DNA from: Saprospiraceae bacterium
Lineage (GTDB): Bacteria > Bacteroidota > Bacteroidia > Chitinophagales > Saprospiraceae
DNA: 64,000 nucleotides
NCBI GenBank assembly: GCA_016714895.1
Contig: JADKBV010000008.1
Location: forward strand, 1,523-65,522
Direction: 5' to 3'
The translations under genes and the position numbers were made by a program. Shown here in pieces: positions 12,601 through 21,836 of this stretch (its first letter is position 1; each line of letters begins with the position of its first letter). Below the pieces are notes generated by a model. The model ran no database searches and was not told the origin of the DNA. It was given only the letters and a program-made list of their open reading frames with translations.

Positions 12601-12775
12601 GACATCATGTCCTACCGGAGCGATTACCTTTGGGGATATGAACAACAAAAAAGACATGTTAAGTAGTAAGTTGGAGTCACCTTTAAATTATATAGCTTTG
12701 GAAGAGATCAACGTGAGATCTTCAGTGACCTATACCATGAAGGTGAATAACAGAGATAGTGCACTTGATGCATAA
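9608..12775 (+). CDS. actB: ACIII subunit ActB: Tat-type molybdopterin-oxidoreductase-like domain fused to a 4Fe-4S ferredoxin domain
   Basis: It has a twin-arginine motif (NRRDFLKFLGFG). Cys clusters are CIGCGACTVAC, CQHCDNAPCENVCP, CIGTRYCANNCP and CSFCVQR...ACQTSCP. It is 1055 aa and sits between actA and actC. Confidence 0.92.
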   Translation: MKQPIDNIWIGQKDLEQDIEFLKEATQEVSPSALTTGEMTEHLSGNRRDFLKFLGFGLGAATVAAGCDIPVKRAIPYVVKPEEIVPGVANYYASTFVNGGDYCSILVKTREGRPIKIEGNDLSPVTKGGTSARAQAAVLSLYDTHRISGPKMKSDKGWNDTSWEDLDKMVMTTIQASSNIRIIGNTNMSPSSNKTLAEFTAKYPNAKVVTYDPVSYSAILEANSLNFGKKSLPSYHFDKANVIVSFNADFLGTWISPIEFAGDYIKNRKIDDVTKAKMSRHIQVESHMSLTGSNADNRILVKPSEQGVAIAALYNSIVGGSMSTSGLNDKAKKALSKIAEELKAAQGAALVVSSSNVVAEQLMVNAINNVLGSYGTTINMGVTSQQAQGSDADFAALVNEMKAGSVDMVIIMNANPVYDAPMASAFSAAFGKVKNKLSFNTTVDETTDKCDIIAPNHHFLESWGDVEVKQGHYTLIQPTIAPLFNTRQAELSLLKWSESASVDFTNPQPYYEYVKNNWKNTVFANQSAVSSFTTFWDSCVHDGVFNSAGTSSSSFTSVNIPSDYTKPSGKELEISFYETVQLGNGQYAGNPWLMEMPDPVNRTNWGNYLAVPVNFDGVSKMVGFQNLKDGELVELTIGDSKYTVPVIQQFGQMPGTVAIALGYGRTHAGITGQNVGINVNNDLTYVNGYRQNYSSNVAVSTKIGKEKDFSCVQYHHTIGVKAVDTESGKEINADEAALVFFDYFTGAKGFQGALTDRSVVYTAHVNDLKNSIEGLTKKRKHAQHLNEQQIYAGFDHNYKLGHHWGMHVDLNACIGCGACTVACMAENNVPVVGKHEVAIHHEMAWLRIDRYYYGDIESPNTIYQPMMCQHCDNAPCENVCPVNASNHSSEGLNQMAYNRCIGTRYCANNCPYKVRRFNWLDYTTADIFPGNQPKLADENIPFGADNLTRMVLNPDVTVRSRGVIEKCSFCVQRIQEGKLAAKVEGRELMDADVKTACQTSCPTGAITFGDMNNKKDMLSSKLESPLNYIALEEINVRSSVTYTMKVNNRDSALDA

Positions 12776-12806
12776 TTTTATTAAGATTTAAAACAAAATA
12801 CAGATA

Positions 12807-14207
12807 ATGAGCGCTGTTGTAAGTCCAATCAGAAGACCGTTAATCACAGGTAATAAAACGTACCACCAGATTACGGAAGATTTGATTTCACCAACTGAAA
12901 AGGCACCCACAAGAGCCTGGACCATCGGATTAATAATTTCGGTGGCTGTTCTTTCCTACGGTGTTTTTTGTATCCTTTGGACCATTTACGTGGGAATCGG
13001 TAGTTGGAATCTAAACAGAACCGTAAACTGGGGATGGGATATAACCAATTTCGTTTGGTGGATCGGTATCGGTCACGCAGGAACCTTAATTTCCGCTATC
13101 TTGTTGCTATTCAGACAGAAATGGAGAACAGGTGTAAACAGAGCTGCTGAGGCGATGACAATTTTTGCGGTAATGTGTGCCGGTTTATTTCCATTAATAC
13201 ACATGGGGCGTATTTGGTTGGCTATGTTTATATTGCCTTATCCAAACACAAGAGGTCCGTTATGGCCAAATTTTAATTCACCGTTGTTATGGGACGTTTT
13301 TGCGATTTCGACTTATCTTACGGTTTCGTTATTATTTTGGTACACAGGTTTGGTTCCGGATTTTGCTACAGTGAGAGACAGAGCCAAAGGTATGAGAAGA
13401 AAGATTTATAACTTTTTGTCTTTCGGTTGGACAGGTTCTGCAAAACATTGGCAAAGATGGGAGTCGTTATCTCTTGTTTTGGCTGGATTATCCACACCAC
13501 TCGTACTTTCTGTGCATACGATCGTAAGTTTTGACTTCGCCACTTCCGTTATTCCGGGATGGCATACCACTATATTTCCTCCTTATTTTGTTGCAGGAGC
13601 TGTTTTTTCAGGTTTTGCCATGGTATTGACATTGATGATCATCACCAGAAAACTGTTGAAACTTGAAGATTATATAACTGTCGAACATATTGAGTCGATG
13701 AACAAAGTTATATTAGTAACCGGTACGATCGTTGGAGTTGCATACCTTACAGAGTTGTTTATCGCCTGGTATTCAGGTTATGTATACGAACAGTTTGCAT
13801 TTTTTAACAGAGCATTAGGACCATATTGGTGGTCATATTTTGGAATGATGTTTTGTAATGTAATATCTCCTCAGTTATTTTGGAAAAAATCATGGAGAAG
13901 GAACATAACCCTTACTTTCCTGATGTCTATTTTTATCAATATAGGAATGTGGTTTGAGCGTTTTGTGATCATTGCCACAACTTTGGCAAGAGATTATTTA
14001 CCATCAAGCTGGGGTTTATATTCGCCATCATGGGTTGAAATAGGTATTTACATCGGAACTTTTGGTTTGTTTTTTACCTGCTACCTTATATTTACAAGAG
14101 TAGCTCCGGTAGTTGCAGTAGCTGAAGTAAAATCAGTACTTAAGACCGGTGGTAATCAGTATGTTGGTGAAAATGCCACACACAAACATCATCACGAACA
14201 TCATTGA
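12807..14207 (+). CDS. actC: ACIII subunit ActC: NrfD/PsrC-like polytopic quinol-interacting membrane subunit
   Basis: 466 aa and highly hydrophobic with many TM segments ([18 protein letters not shown]...). Its position in the act operon supports the call. Confidence 0.9.
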   Translation: MSAVVSPIRRPLITGNKTYHQITEDLISPTEKAPTRAWTIGLIISVAVLSYGVFCILWTIYVGIGSWNLNRTVNWGWDITNFVWWIGIGHAGTLISAILLLFRQKWRTGVNRAAEAMTIFAVMCAGLFPLIHMGRIWLAMFILPYPNTRGPLWPNFNSPLLWDVFAISTYLTVSLLFWYTGLVPDFATVRDRAKGMRRKIYNFLSFGWTGSAKHWQRWESLSLVLAGLSTPLVLSVHTIVSFDFATSVIPGWHTTIFPPYFVAGAVFSGFAMVLTLMIITRKLLKLEDYITVEHIESMNKVILVTGTIVGVAYLTELFIAWYSGYVYEQFAFFNRALGPYWWSYFGMMFCNVISPQLFWKKSWRRNITLTFLMSIFINIGMWFERFVIIATTLARDYLPSSWGLYSPSWVEIGIYIGTFGLFFTCYLIFTRVAPVVAVAEVKSVLKTGGNQYVGENATHKHHHEHH

Positions 14208-14240
14208 TCCTTTTATTTTTGAATAGAATAATTCTTCATA

Positions 14241-14762
14241 ATGGCAAATAATCATAAAGAAATAGTTTTTGGTCTGTATAATGATGAGGAAGATCTGATC
14301 AGAGCAGTTAAAGAAGCTAAATCAGCACACCTTGATATTTACGATGTCTTCACACCATTCCCTTTGCATGGTTTGGATCCGGTTTTAGGTTTGGAAGAGT
14401 CAAGATTACACATAGCAGGTTTTATCTACGGAGCTTTGGGAACATTGACTGCATTTTTGGGAATGACCTGGATTTTTACCAAAGATTGGCCGAATGTATT
14501 TGGCGGAAAGCCGTATTGGTCAGTTCCTGCTTTTATTCCCATCACTTTTGAGTTGACCGTTCTTTTCGCAGCGATAGGTATGACTGTTACATTTTACATC
14601 ATCAATGGTCTGGGACCAGGTGTTGTCAACCAACATTTGGACGACAGAATTACGGATGACAAGTTTTGCCTCGCTTTTGATAAAGGTTCAGTAAGTGAAG
14701 AAAAAGCCGTTTCATTGTTGAAACAAACAGGAGCCGTTGAAATTAATCATAAAACCTTATAA
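14241..14762 (+). CDS. actD: ACIII subunit ActD (DUF3341-type)
   Basis: 173 aa, with N-terminus FGLYNDEEDLIRAVKEAK...YDVFTPFPLHGLD followed by two TM segments. Operon position supports the call. Confidence 0.85.
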   Translation: MANNHKEIVFGLYNDEEDLIRAVKEAKSAHLDIYDVFTPFPLHGLDPVLGLEESRLHIAGFIYGALGTLTAFLGMTWIFTKDWPNVFGGKPYWSVPAFIPITFELTVLFAAIGMTVTFYIINGLGPGVVNQHLDDRITDDKFCLAFDKGSVSEEKAVSLLKQTGAVEINHKTL

Positions 14763-14774
14763 TTGTATAGTCGT

Positions 14775-15575
14775 ATGACACATAAAGGGAATATTTTATA
14801 TGTACTGTTGGGAACATGTTTAACCATGATGTTCTCATGCCAGCAACCCGGTGGTAACACCACAGGTAGCGAATACATGCCTGATATGGCTCACTCTGTT
14901 GCCTATGAGGCTAATACTTACGGGTATTATTACAACAACCGTTGGGGCACAGAAGATGAGTTACATAAAATGGTTCAACCCAGAAAACCTATCAACGGAT
15001 CGATAGCCAGAGGAGCAACCGGTGGTTCTGTAGGATTTACTTCTTCCATGTCACAACAAGGAATTTCTTATCAGGCGAATGGTGCGAAACCATATTATTA
15101 TGCCGATACGGAAGATGAAAGAATTCGGGCAACGAATGAAATCATAAACAATCCATATCCGATTACTGAGGCTGGTTTGGCCAAAGGTAAAAACCTTTAC
15201 AACATATATTGCGGTATATGTCATGGTGAGAAAGGTGACGGAGGAGGTTATCTGGTTCGCGATAATGGAGGTAAATACCCGGTTCAACCGGCAAATTTTA
15301 TGACGGATGAGTTTGTTGCTGCTTCAAACGGAAGGTTTTATCACGGCATCATATACGGTAGAAACCTGATGTCCGGGTATAGTGATAAGTTATCTTATGA
15401 AGAAAGATGGCAGGTAATTCATTATATCAGATCGCTTCAGGCTGAATCCAAAAAGTTGGTTTATAGTGAAAAAGCCAATACATTAAACAGTATCGACAAA
15501 CCGGCTTCTTTAATAAAGTTGGAAGCTGCCGCGACGGTTTCGGTTGATACAACCAAAGTGGAAACAATCAATTAA
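14775..15575 (+). CDS. actE: ACIII subunit ActE: monoheme cytochrome c lipoprotein
   Basis: It has a single CGICH motif and a lipoprotein-like signal (LLGTCLTMMFSCQQ). The track ORF opens at TTG 14763; ATG 14775 is the more likely start. Confidence 0.85.
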   Translation: MTHKGNILYVLLGTCLTMMFSCQQPGGNTTGSEYMPDMAHSVAYEANTYGYYYNNRWGTEDELHKMVQPRKPINGSIARGATGGSVGFTSSMSQQGISYQANGAKPYYYADTEDERIRATNEIINNPYPITEAGLAKGKNLYNIYCGICHGEKGDGGGYLVRDNGGKYPVQPANFMTDEFVAASNGRFYHGIIYGRNLMSGYSDKLSYEERWQVIHYIRSLQAESKKLVYSEKANTLNSIDKPASLIKLEAAATVSVDTTKVETIN

Positions 15576-15601
15576 TAAAACGGTAATACAAAGGAAATAC
15601 A

Positions 15602-16909
15602 ATGAACCAATATATTTTTACGTCAAAACAACGCAATGTATTGTTTGGAGCAATGGGTATAGGCATTATTTCCATGTTGCTTACATGGATGAATGATGAT
15701 GCATTCCACACCCGGTTCTGGAGTAATTTTTTGCATAATTCCGTTTTTTTTCTTGGAATCTCTGTTATGGCTGCTTTTTTTATGGCAGTGTGTGTTACGG
15801 CATATGCAGGATGGCATACAACTTTTAAAAGAGTTTGGGAAGCATACTCATCTTACATGTATGTAGGTGTGTTTTTTATGATAATCCTAGGTTTGGGAGT
15901 TTTTATGCACTGGCACCATTTGTATCATTGGGCGGATGAGTCTTTGCTTGATCCCAATAATCCTGAATACGATAAAATATTGCACGGAAAATCATCATTT
16001 TTAAATAAAAACTGGTATTTATTCGGTACCATAATTGTTGTGGGTTCATGGATATTTTTTTCCAGAAAATTCAGACAAATTTCTTTAGATGAAGATAAAA
16101 ATGGTGATACATCGTACAGCCATCACAAAAATCTCAAAGTATACTCAGCTATATTTTTACCCATAGTTGGTTTTTCAAGTGCTGCTATGATCTGGCAATG
16201 GGTAATGAGTCTGGACTCACACTGGTACAGTACGTTATTCGCCTGGTATACAGCAACTAGTTGGTTTGTATCTATGATTTCTTTGACCATTCTTTTGTTA
16301 ATCTGGTTAAAATCAAACGGTTATTACAAAGAGGTAAATGATAGTCACATCCATGATTTAGGTAAATTTTTATTTGCTTTTAGTGTTTTCTGGACGTATT
16401 TATGGTTTTCACAATTTATGTTGATTTGGTACGCAAATATTGGAGAGGAGACCATTTATTTCAGAGAAAGATATGACAACTATCCGGTTCTGTTTTTTGG
16501 TAACCTGGTAATAAACTTTTTGGTTCCGTTTCTTATTTTGATGAGAAATGATACAAAGAGAAAATTCGGTTCAGTAGGATTGGTTTCCATCATTTTACTT
16601 TTAGGCCATTGGGTGGATTTTTTCCTGATGATCAAACCGGCAGCATTGATAACAGCAAACCATGCATTACATAGTTTGCACTCCGGCGAACATGGAGCTG
16701 AGCACGCAGCTGATCCTCATGCTGCCCATGGTGCAGAACATGTATCCACTTTTGTGGAAGGTTTTACCATGCCTGGTCTTTTGGAATTAGGAACCTTTTT
16801 AGGTTTTCTTGGTCTTTTCCTTTTTGTTGGATTGTATTCTCTTTCTAAAGCTCCTCTTGTTCCGAAGAATGATCCTTATTTGGAAGAGAGTTTACATCAC
16901 CACGTATAA
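15602..16909 (+). CDS. actF: ACIII subunit ActF: polytopic membrane subunit
   Basis: 435 aa with multiple TM segments and a His-rich loop (HSGEHGAEHAADPHAAHGAEH). It is the last gene of the act set. Confidence 0.8.
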   Translation: MNQYIFTSKQRNVLFGAMGIGIISMLLTWMNDDAFHTRFWSNFLHNSVFFLGISVMAAFFMAVCVTAYAGWHTTFKRVWEAYSSYMYVGVFFMIILGLGVFMHWHHLYHWADESLLDPNNPEYDKILHGKSSFLNKNWYLFGTIIVVGSWIFFSRKFRQISLDEDKNGDTSYSHHKNLKVYSAIFLPIVGFSSAAMIWQWVMSLDSHWYSTLFAWYTATSWFVSMISLTILLLIWLKSNGYYKEVNDSHIHDLGKFLFAFSVFWTYLWFSQFMLIWYANIGEETIYFRERYDNYPVLFFGNLVINFLVPFLILMRNDTKRKFGSVGLVSIILLLGHWVDFFLMIKPAALITANHALHSLHSGEHGAEHAADPHAAHGAEHVSTFVEGFTMPGLLELGTFLGFLGLFLFVGLYSLSKAPLVPKNDPYLEESLHHHV

Positions 16910-16943
16910 AATAAACTTTACGTAATTAAGAAATATTTTTAAA

Positions 16944-18452
16944 ATGACGTATCTAATAGCATTTGGTATAGTTTTTCTCCTTGCTGTAATTGTAATTCAG
17001 ATTGGAAAAGTTTCTGAATTGGCATCAAAAATAAGAGGTGAGGAAGAAGTAGAATTACAGAATAACACGACACAAGGCATCTGGGGTATGATCTTTATGG
17101 TTGTATTTCTCGTTGGGAGTGCCGTTTCAGCGTATTATTATAAAAATTACATGTTGGGTTATGGTCCTTTGACTTCGGCTTCAGAACATGGATTTGAATT
17201 AGATAGTATATTTAATGTTACATTGATATTTACCGGAATTGTATTCGTATTGACGCATATACTTTTATTTTGGTACACTTACAAGTATCGTCAACAAAGA
17301 GGTACTAAAGCCATATTTTTTGCCCACGATACAAAGTTGGAAATGATCTGGACTGCTGTTCCTGCAGTTGTAATGACATTTTTGGTAGCAAGAGGTTTGG
17401 TTGCATGGAATAATATTTTCCCTACATTAACAAATGAAGATAAATATATTGAAATCGAAGCAACAGGTTATCAGTTTGCATGGGATATCAGATATCCGGG
17501 ACCTGATGGTAAACTTGGAAACAAAGATTTCAGGTTAATTGACCTTGCAAAAAATAGTTTAGGTTTAGACTTTACGGACGAACATTCTGCCGATGATGTT
17601 GTTTTGGGTGGAACAGATAAAATAGTTCTTCCTGTGGATACAACAGTAAAGGTCAGAATCACGGCTAAAGACGTTCTTCACAATTTTTATCTTCCTCATT
17701 TCAGGGTTAAAATGGATGCTGTTCCGGGTCTTCCTACATCTTTTATTTTTAAACCTGTACTTACCACAAAAGAATTCAGAGAACAATTAAGTCAATACCC
17801 TGAGTGGCAGGTCCCTGCTGATGCTAAGGATCCTGAAGGTCCGAAAAGATGGGAGGTTTTTGAATATGAGTTAGCTTGTGCCGAATTATGCGGTAAAGGT
17901 CACTATAGTATGCGACGTGTTATTGAAGTTGTGAGCAGAGATGAATATAATGCATGGATATCCCAGCAAAAATCTTTTTACATGACCAACATCAGAAATA
18001 CAGAAGCTGACCCAAATAAAGGTAAAAAGTTGTTTTCTTTCGAAATTAAACAAAGAGCTGAGGAGCTTAAGGCTGAGTTTGCCAATGTATTGAGTGATTC
18101 AGCTAAAACCAATATCATTCCCCTGAAAAATGTATTTTTTGAAACCGGATCGGATAAGTTGAGCGATTTGTCAAAACATGAACTTGACAATCTGGTTACC
18201 ATTCTTAAAAACAGACCTTCCGTCAGAGTGGAATTGGCAGGTCATACAGATAATGTTGGAGATGCTGCCATGAACCTTGAGTTGTCTCAAAAACGTGCAT
18301 CCGGAGTTTTAAATTATCTGGTTTCTAATGGAGTTGATGCAGGCAAACTGGTTGCAAAGGGATATGGGCAAAATAATCCTTTGGAAAGTAATGACACGCC
18401 TGAAGGCAGGGATAAAAACCGAAGAACTGAATTGAAAATCATTTCAAAATAA
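16944..18452 (+). CDS. coxB: Cytochrome c oxidase subunit II (CuA cupredoxin) fused to a C-terminal OmpA-like peptidoglycan-binding domain
   Basis: CuA ligand pattern: VLHNFYLPHF ... CAELCGKGHYSM. The C-terminal ~115 aa read FFETGSDKLS...VELAGHTDNVGDAAMNLELSQKRASGVLNYLVSNGV...GYGQNNP...NRRTELKI, which is the classic OmpA_C pattern. It is one continuous 502-codon ORF. Confidence 0.9.
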   Translation: MTYLIAFGIVFLLAVIVIQIGKVSELASKIRGEEEVELQNNTTQGIWGMIFMVVFLVGSAVSAYYYKNYMLGYGPLTSASEHGFELDSIFNVTLIFTGIVFVLTHILLFWYTYKYRQQRGTKAIFFAHDTKLEMIWTAVPAVVMTFLVARGLVAWNNIFPTLTNEDKYIEIEATGYQFAWDIRYPGPDGKLGNKDFRLIDLAKNSLGLDFTDEHSADDVVLGGTDKIVLPVDTTVKVRITAKDVLHNFYLPHFRVKMDAVPGLPTSFIFKPVLTTKEFREQLSQYPEWQVPADAKDPEGPKRWEVFEYELACAELCGKGHYSMRRVIEVVSRDEYNAWISQQKSFYMTNIRNTEADPNKGKKLFSFEIKQRAEELKAEFANVLSDSAKTNIIPLKNVFFETGSDKLSDLSKHELDNLVTILKNRPSVRVELAGHTDNVGDAAMNLELSQKRASGVLNYLVSNGVDAGKLVAKGYGQNNPLESNDTPEGRDKNRRTELKIISK

Positions 18453-18480
18453 TATAGGTAACTTCTAAATCATTTGACAA

Positions 18481-20325
18481 ATGGCAAATATCACAGTACA
18501 CGAAGATGATGTATTGATCAAAGATCAGGGTTTTGATGATCATTTCCATGAACATCACCATGGCGATAAATACCAGACTAATTTTATCTTCCACTATATA
18601 TTCTCCATGGATCATAAAATCATTGCCCGTCAGTTTTTGATAACGGGTATGATTTGGGCTATAATCGGCGCTGCAATGTCGGTTATATTCAGAATGCAAC
18701 TTGGATTTCCGGAAGAAAGTCTTACCTGGATTAAACCTTTATTGGGTAAGTGGATAGAGGTTGACCCGACTACCGGAATAGGTAAGTTGGTCCCCGAGTT
18801 TTATTATGCATTGGTTACAATGCATGGTACAATCATTGTATTTTTTGTATTAACTGCCGGTCTAAGTGGAACTTTTAGTAATCTCCTTATTCCTTTACAG
18901 TTGGGAGCGAGAGATATGGCGTCGCCATTCCTGAATATGCTTTCATATTGGTTTTTCTTTTTGGCAGGTATTATCATGTTTTATTCCTTGTTTTTGAGCA
19001 CAGGGCCTTTTTCCGGAGGATGGGTAGCATATCCTCCTTTGAGCGCTCTTCCTCAGGCGAGTAGTGGTTCCGGAACAGGTATGACGCTCTGGTTGGTAAG
19101 TTTAACCTTATTTGTAGTCTCAGTTTTATTAGGTGGTATTAATTACATTACTACGGTCTTAAATTTGAGAACAAAAGGTATGACCCTTTGGAGAATGCCT
19201 TTGACTATATGGGCATTTTTTGTGACAGCTATTCTCGGATTACTTTCATTCCCTGTATTGGCATCAGGCTTTTTTATGCTTATATTTGATCGTTCATTAG
19301 GAACAAGTTTCTTTTTGAGTGAAATTTTTATAGAAGGTCAGGCATTGGACAGAGTAGGAGGAAGTCCGATTTTATTCCAGCATTTATTTTGGTTCTTAGG
19401 ACACCCTGAAGTATATATCATTATTCTTCCAGCCATGGGATTGGTTTCTGAAGTGTTATCAGTTCACGCAAGAAAACCAATTTTTGGATACAGAGCTATG
19501 GTTTATTCCATTATGGCAATCGGATTTTTATCCTTTATTGTTTGGGCTCACCATATGTTTATGTCCGGAGTTAATCCATTTTTATCCAACTTTTTTGTTG
19601 TTTTTACCCTGATTATAGCGGTTCCATCAGCAGTGAAGGTGTTTAACTGGATTACGACACTTTATGGTGGAAATCTTAGGTTGAATACACCTATGTTATT
19701 TGCCATCGGATTTGTTTCGATGTTTATTTCAGGTGGTTTAACGGGTATTTTCCTTGGAAACTCAGCGATAGATATTCAACTTCATGATACTTATTTTGTA
19801 GTAGCTCACTTTCACATTGTGATGGGAGTTGCGGCATTTTTCGGGATGTTTGCCGGTGTTTATCATTGGTATCCGAAGATGTACGGACGATTTATGAATG
19901 AAACATTGGGTAAAATCCATTTCTGGGGTACCATGATCAGTGCTTATGCGATCTTTTGGCCAATGCACTACCTTGGAATGGCTGGCGTACCAAGAAGATA
20001 TTTCAGTTTTGAGTCATTCGACGCATTCAGACACTTTACCGATATGAATAAATTCATTACAGTGTTTGCTATTATAGCTTTTGCTGTTCAATTGGTTTTT
20101 GTGATCAACTTTTTCTACAGTATTTGGTACGGTAAAAAAATGAAATCTAAAAACCCTTGGGGTGCTACTACGCTTGAGTGGACAACACCTATAGAACCTA
20201 TTCATGGTAACTGGCCGGGCAATTTGCCTGTGGTACACAGATGGCCATACGATTTCAGTAAAGATGAAAGAGAATTTGTTCAGCAACATGTTCCTTTGAG
20301 AGAAGGTGAAGTAGGTGACCATTAA
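18481..20325 (+). CDS. ctaD: Cytochrome c oxidase subunit I
   Basis: 614 aa with about 12 or more TM segments and the motifs FWFLGHPEVYIIILP and VWAHHMF. Confidence 0.95.
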   Translation: MANITVHEDDVLIKDQGFDDHFHEHHHGDKYQTNFIFHYIFSMDHKIIARQFLITGMIWAIIGAAMSVIFRMQLGFPEESLTWIKPLLGKWIEVDPTTGIGKLVPEFYYALVTMHGTIIVFFVLTAGLSGTFSNLLIPLQLGARDMASPFLNMLSYWFFFLAGIIMFYSLFLSTGPFSGGWVAYPPLSALPQASSGSGTGMTLWLVSLTLFVVSVLLGGINYITTVLNLRTKGMTLWRMPLTIWAFFVTAILGLLSFPVLASGFFMLIFDRSLGTSFFLSEIFIEGQALDRVGGSPILFQHLFWFLGHPEVYIIILPAMGLVSEVLSVHARKPIFGYRAMVYSIMAIGFLSFIVWAHHMFMSGVNPFLSNFFVVFTLIIAVPSAVKVFNWITTLYGGNLRLNTPMLFAIGFVSMFISGGLTGIFLGNSAIDIQLHDTYFVVAHFHIVMGVAAFFGMFAGVYHWYPKMYGRFMNETLGKIHFWGTMISAYAIFWPMHYLGMAGVPRRYFSFESFDAFRHFTDMNKFITVFAIIAFAVQLVFVINFFYSIWYGKKMKSKNPWGATTLEWTTPIEPIHGNWPGNLPVVHRWPYDFSKDEREFVQQHVPLREGEVGDH

Positions 20326-20345
20326 TTATTAAAAATAATACATTT

Positions 20346-21248
20346 TTGAAATCTCCTCAGACATATAATTCCGTTCAGGAAACACATACCATTCAGTTTA
20401 CCAAGCTGAAGGATTATACCATGCTTGTAAAACTCAGATTGAGTCTTATGGTGGTTGTGTCGTCTGTATTGGGATACCTGATAGCTTGTGGTGGAAATAT
20501 CAACTGGACAGTTTTATCTGTTTTGGCGATAGGTGGCTTTTTTATTACAGCTTCCGCAAATGCTTTAAATCAGGTGCTTGAAAGAGAATTTGATTGTTTT
20601 ATGACAAGAACAGCAGACAGACCGGTGACTGCAGGCAGGATGAAAAGTTCTGAAGCAGTGATGTTTGCCGGAATCAGTTGTCTCATAGGTGTAGGATTTT
20701 TATCATCGATTCATTCCTTGACAGCTTTTTTAGGAATGCTGAGTATGGTGACTTATGCTTTTGTGTATACACCACTGAAAAGGTATTCAACGTCAGCAGT
20801 TGCTGTAGGAGCCATTCCCGGAGCATTACCTGTTCTGATTGGTGTTACGGCATTTGATGGTCAGATCACTTATTTGGGATTGTCTTTGTTTGTTATTCAG
20901 TTTTTATGGCAGTTTCCTCATTTTTGGGCGATTGGTTACAATAGTTTTGAGGATTACAAAAGCGCCGGATATAAATTATTGCCTGTAGTTGGAGGTAACA
21001 TAGACAGAACACTCGGTAAAAATGCAACCGTTTACGCACTTTTAATTTTACCGGTTTTTGTATTTATGTTTGTTCAGCAGCTCATAGGTTTACCTTCTTT
21101 TGTTTTGCTTATTTTGCTTACGGTAGGATATGTATTCTACAGTGTAAAGTTTCATCTTGCTTTTGACAAGAAATCAGCATTACAACTTATGTTTTATTCT
21201 TTTTTATATCTTCCGTTATTTTTATTATTCATATTAATTTTTGAATAA
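20346..21248 (+). CDS. cyoE: Protoheme IX farnesyltransferase (heme O synthase)
   Basis: This is a polytopic UbiA-family-like protein (LKDYTMLVKLRLSLMVV..., NALNQVLEREFD...RTADRP). The conserved N-terminus precedes the first ATG, so TTG 20346 is the likely start. Confidence 0.85.
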   Translation: MKSPQTYNSVQETHTIQFTKLKDYTMLVKLRLSLMVVVSSVLGYLIACGGNINWTVLSVLAIGGFFITASANALNQVLEREFDCFMTRTADRPVTAGRMKSSEAVMFAGISCLIGVGFLSSIHSLTAFLGMLSMVTYAFVYTPLKRYSTSAVAVGAIPGALPVLIGVTAFDGQITYLGLSLFVIQFLWQFPHFWAIGYNSFEDYKSAGYKLLPVVGGNIDRTLGKNATVYALLILPVFVFMFVQQLIGLPSFVLLILLTVGYVFYSVKFHLAFDKKSALQLMFYSFLYLPLFLLFILIFE

Positions 21249-21249
21249 A

Positions 21250-21822
21250 GTGAATACAAGTATTACAAATAAAAGGAATAAAATTCATGCTCAAAAATTT
21301 GCACTTTGGGCAGCCATGGCCAGTATTAGTATGATGTTTGCGGCTTTTTTGAGTGCCTACATCGTCAAGCAGGCAAGTGGTAATTGGTTAGAATTTTCTA
21401 TGCCGATAACTTTTTTTGTCAGTACGATTTTGGTACTTTTGGTTAGTTTGTCCTTACATGTAACTAAAGGGTATTTAAGAAATTCCAGCGCTAAATATTA
21501 CAAAGCGGGTGTTGTCATCTCTTTAATATTAGCGATATTATTTATAATCAGTCAATATGTTTCCTGGAATACATTGGTCGAAAGAGGTGTGGATTTAAAA
21601 GGAAACGTTTCGGGGTCATTTTTATACCTTATCACGGGAATTCACGTGTTACATGTGTTAGGTGGTATTGTGGCATTAATGATTTCTGCTGTTTATGCAT
21701 TTTTTTTTCCATTTGATAACAGTGCCGGCAAAAGTCAAAAATTTGATTTGGTTGTCAATTACTGGCATTTTGTCGACGGACTTTGGATAGTATTATTTTT
21801 GTTTTTAATGTTTTACAAATAG
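21250..21822 (+). CDS. Heme-copper oxidase subunit III family protein (short form)
   Basis: About 190 aa with five hydrophobic segments, ending NYWHFVDGLWIVLFLFLMF, which is typical of subunit III. The start could be GTG 21250 or TTG 21241. Confidence 0.75.
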   Translation: MNTSITNKRNKIHAQKFALWAAMASISMMFAAFLSAYIVKQASGNWLEFSMPITFFVSTILVLLVSLSLHVTKGYLRNSSAKYYKAGVVISLILAILFIISQYVSWNTLVERGVDLKGNVSGSFLYLITGIHVLHVLGGIVALMISAVYAFFFPFDNSAGKSQKFDLVVNYWHFVDGLWIVLFLFLMFYK

Positions 21823-21836
21823 ATAATTTTATACGA

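Noticed and set aside
21783-21836. An overlap of the two subunit-III-like ORFs, suggesting one frameshifted gene.
   Set aside because: The upstream ORF ends with a complete subunit-III C-terminal motif (NYWHFVDGLWIVLFLFLMF). The second has its own ATG at 21837. Two separate subunit-III-family genes is a normal arrangement.
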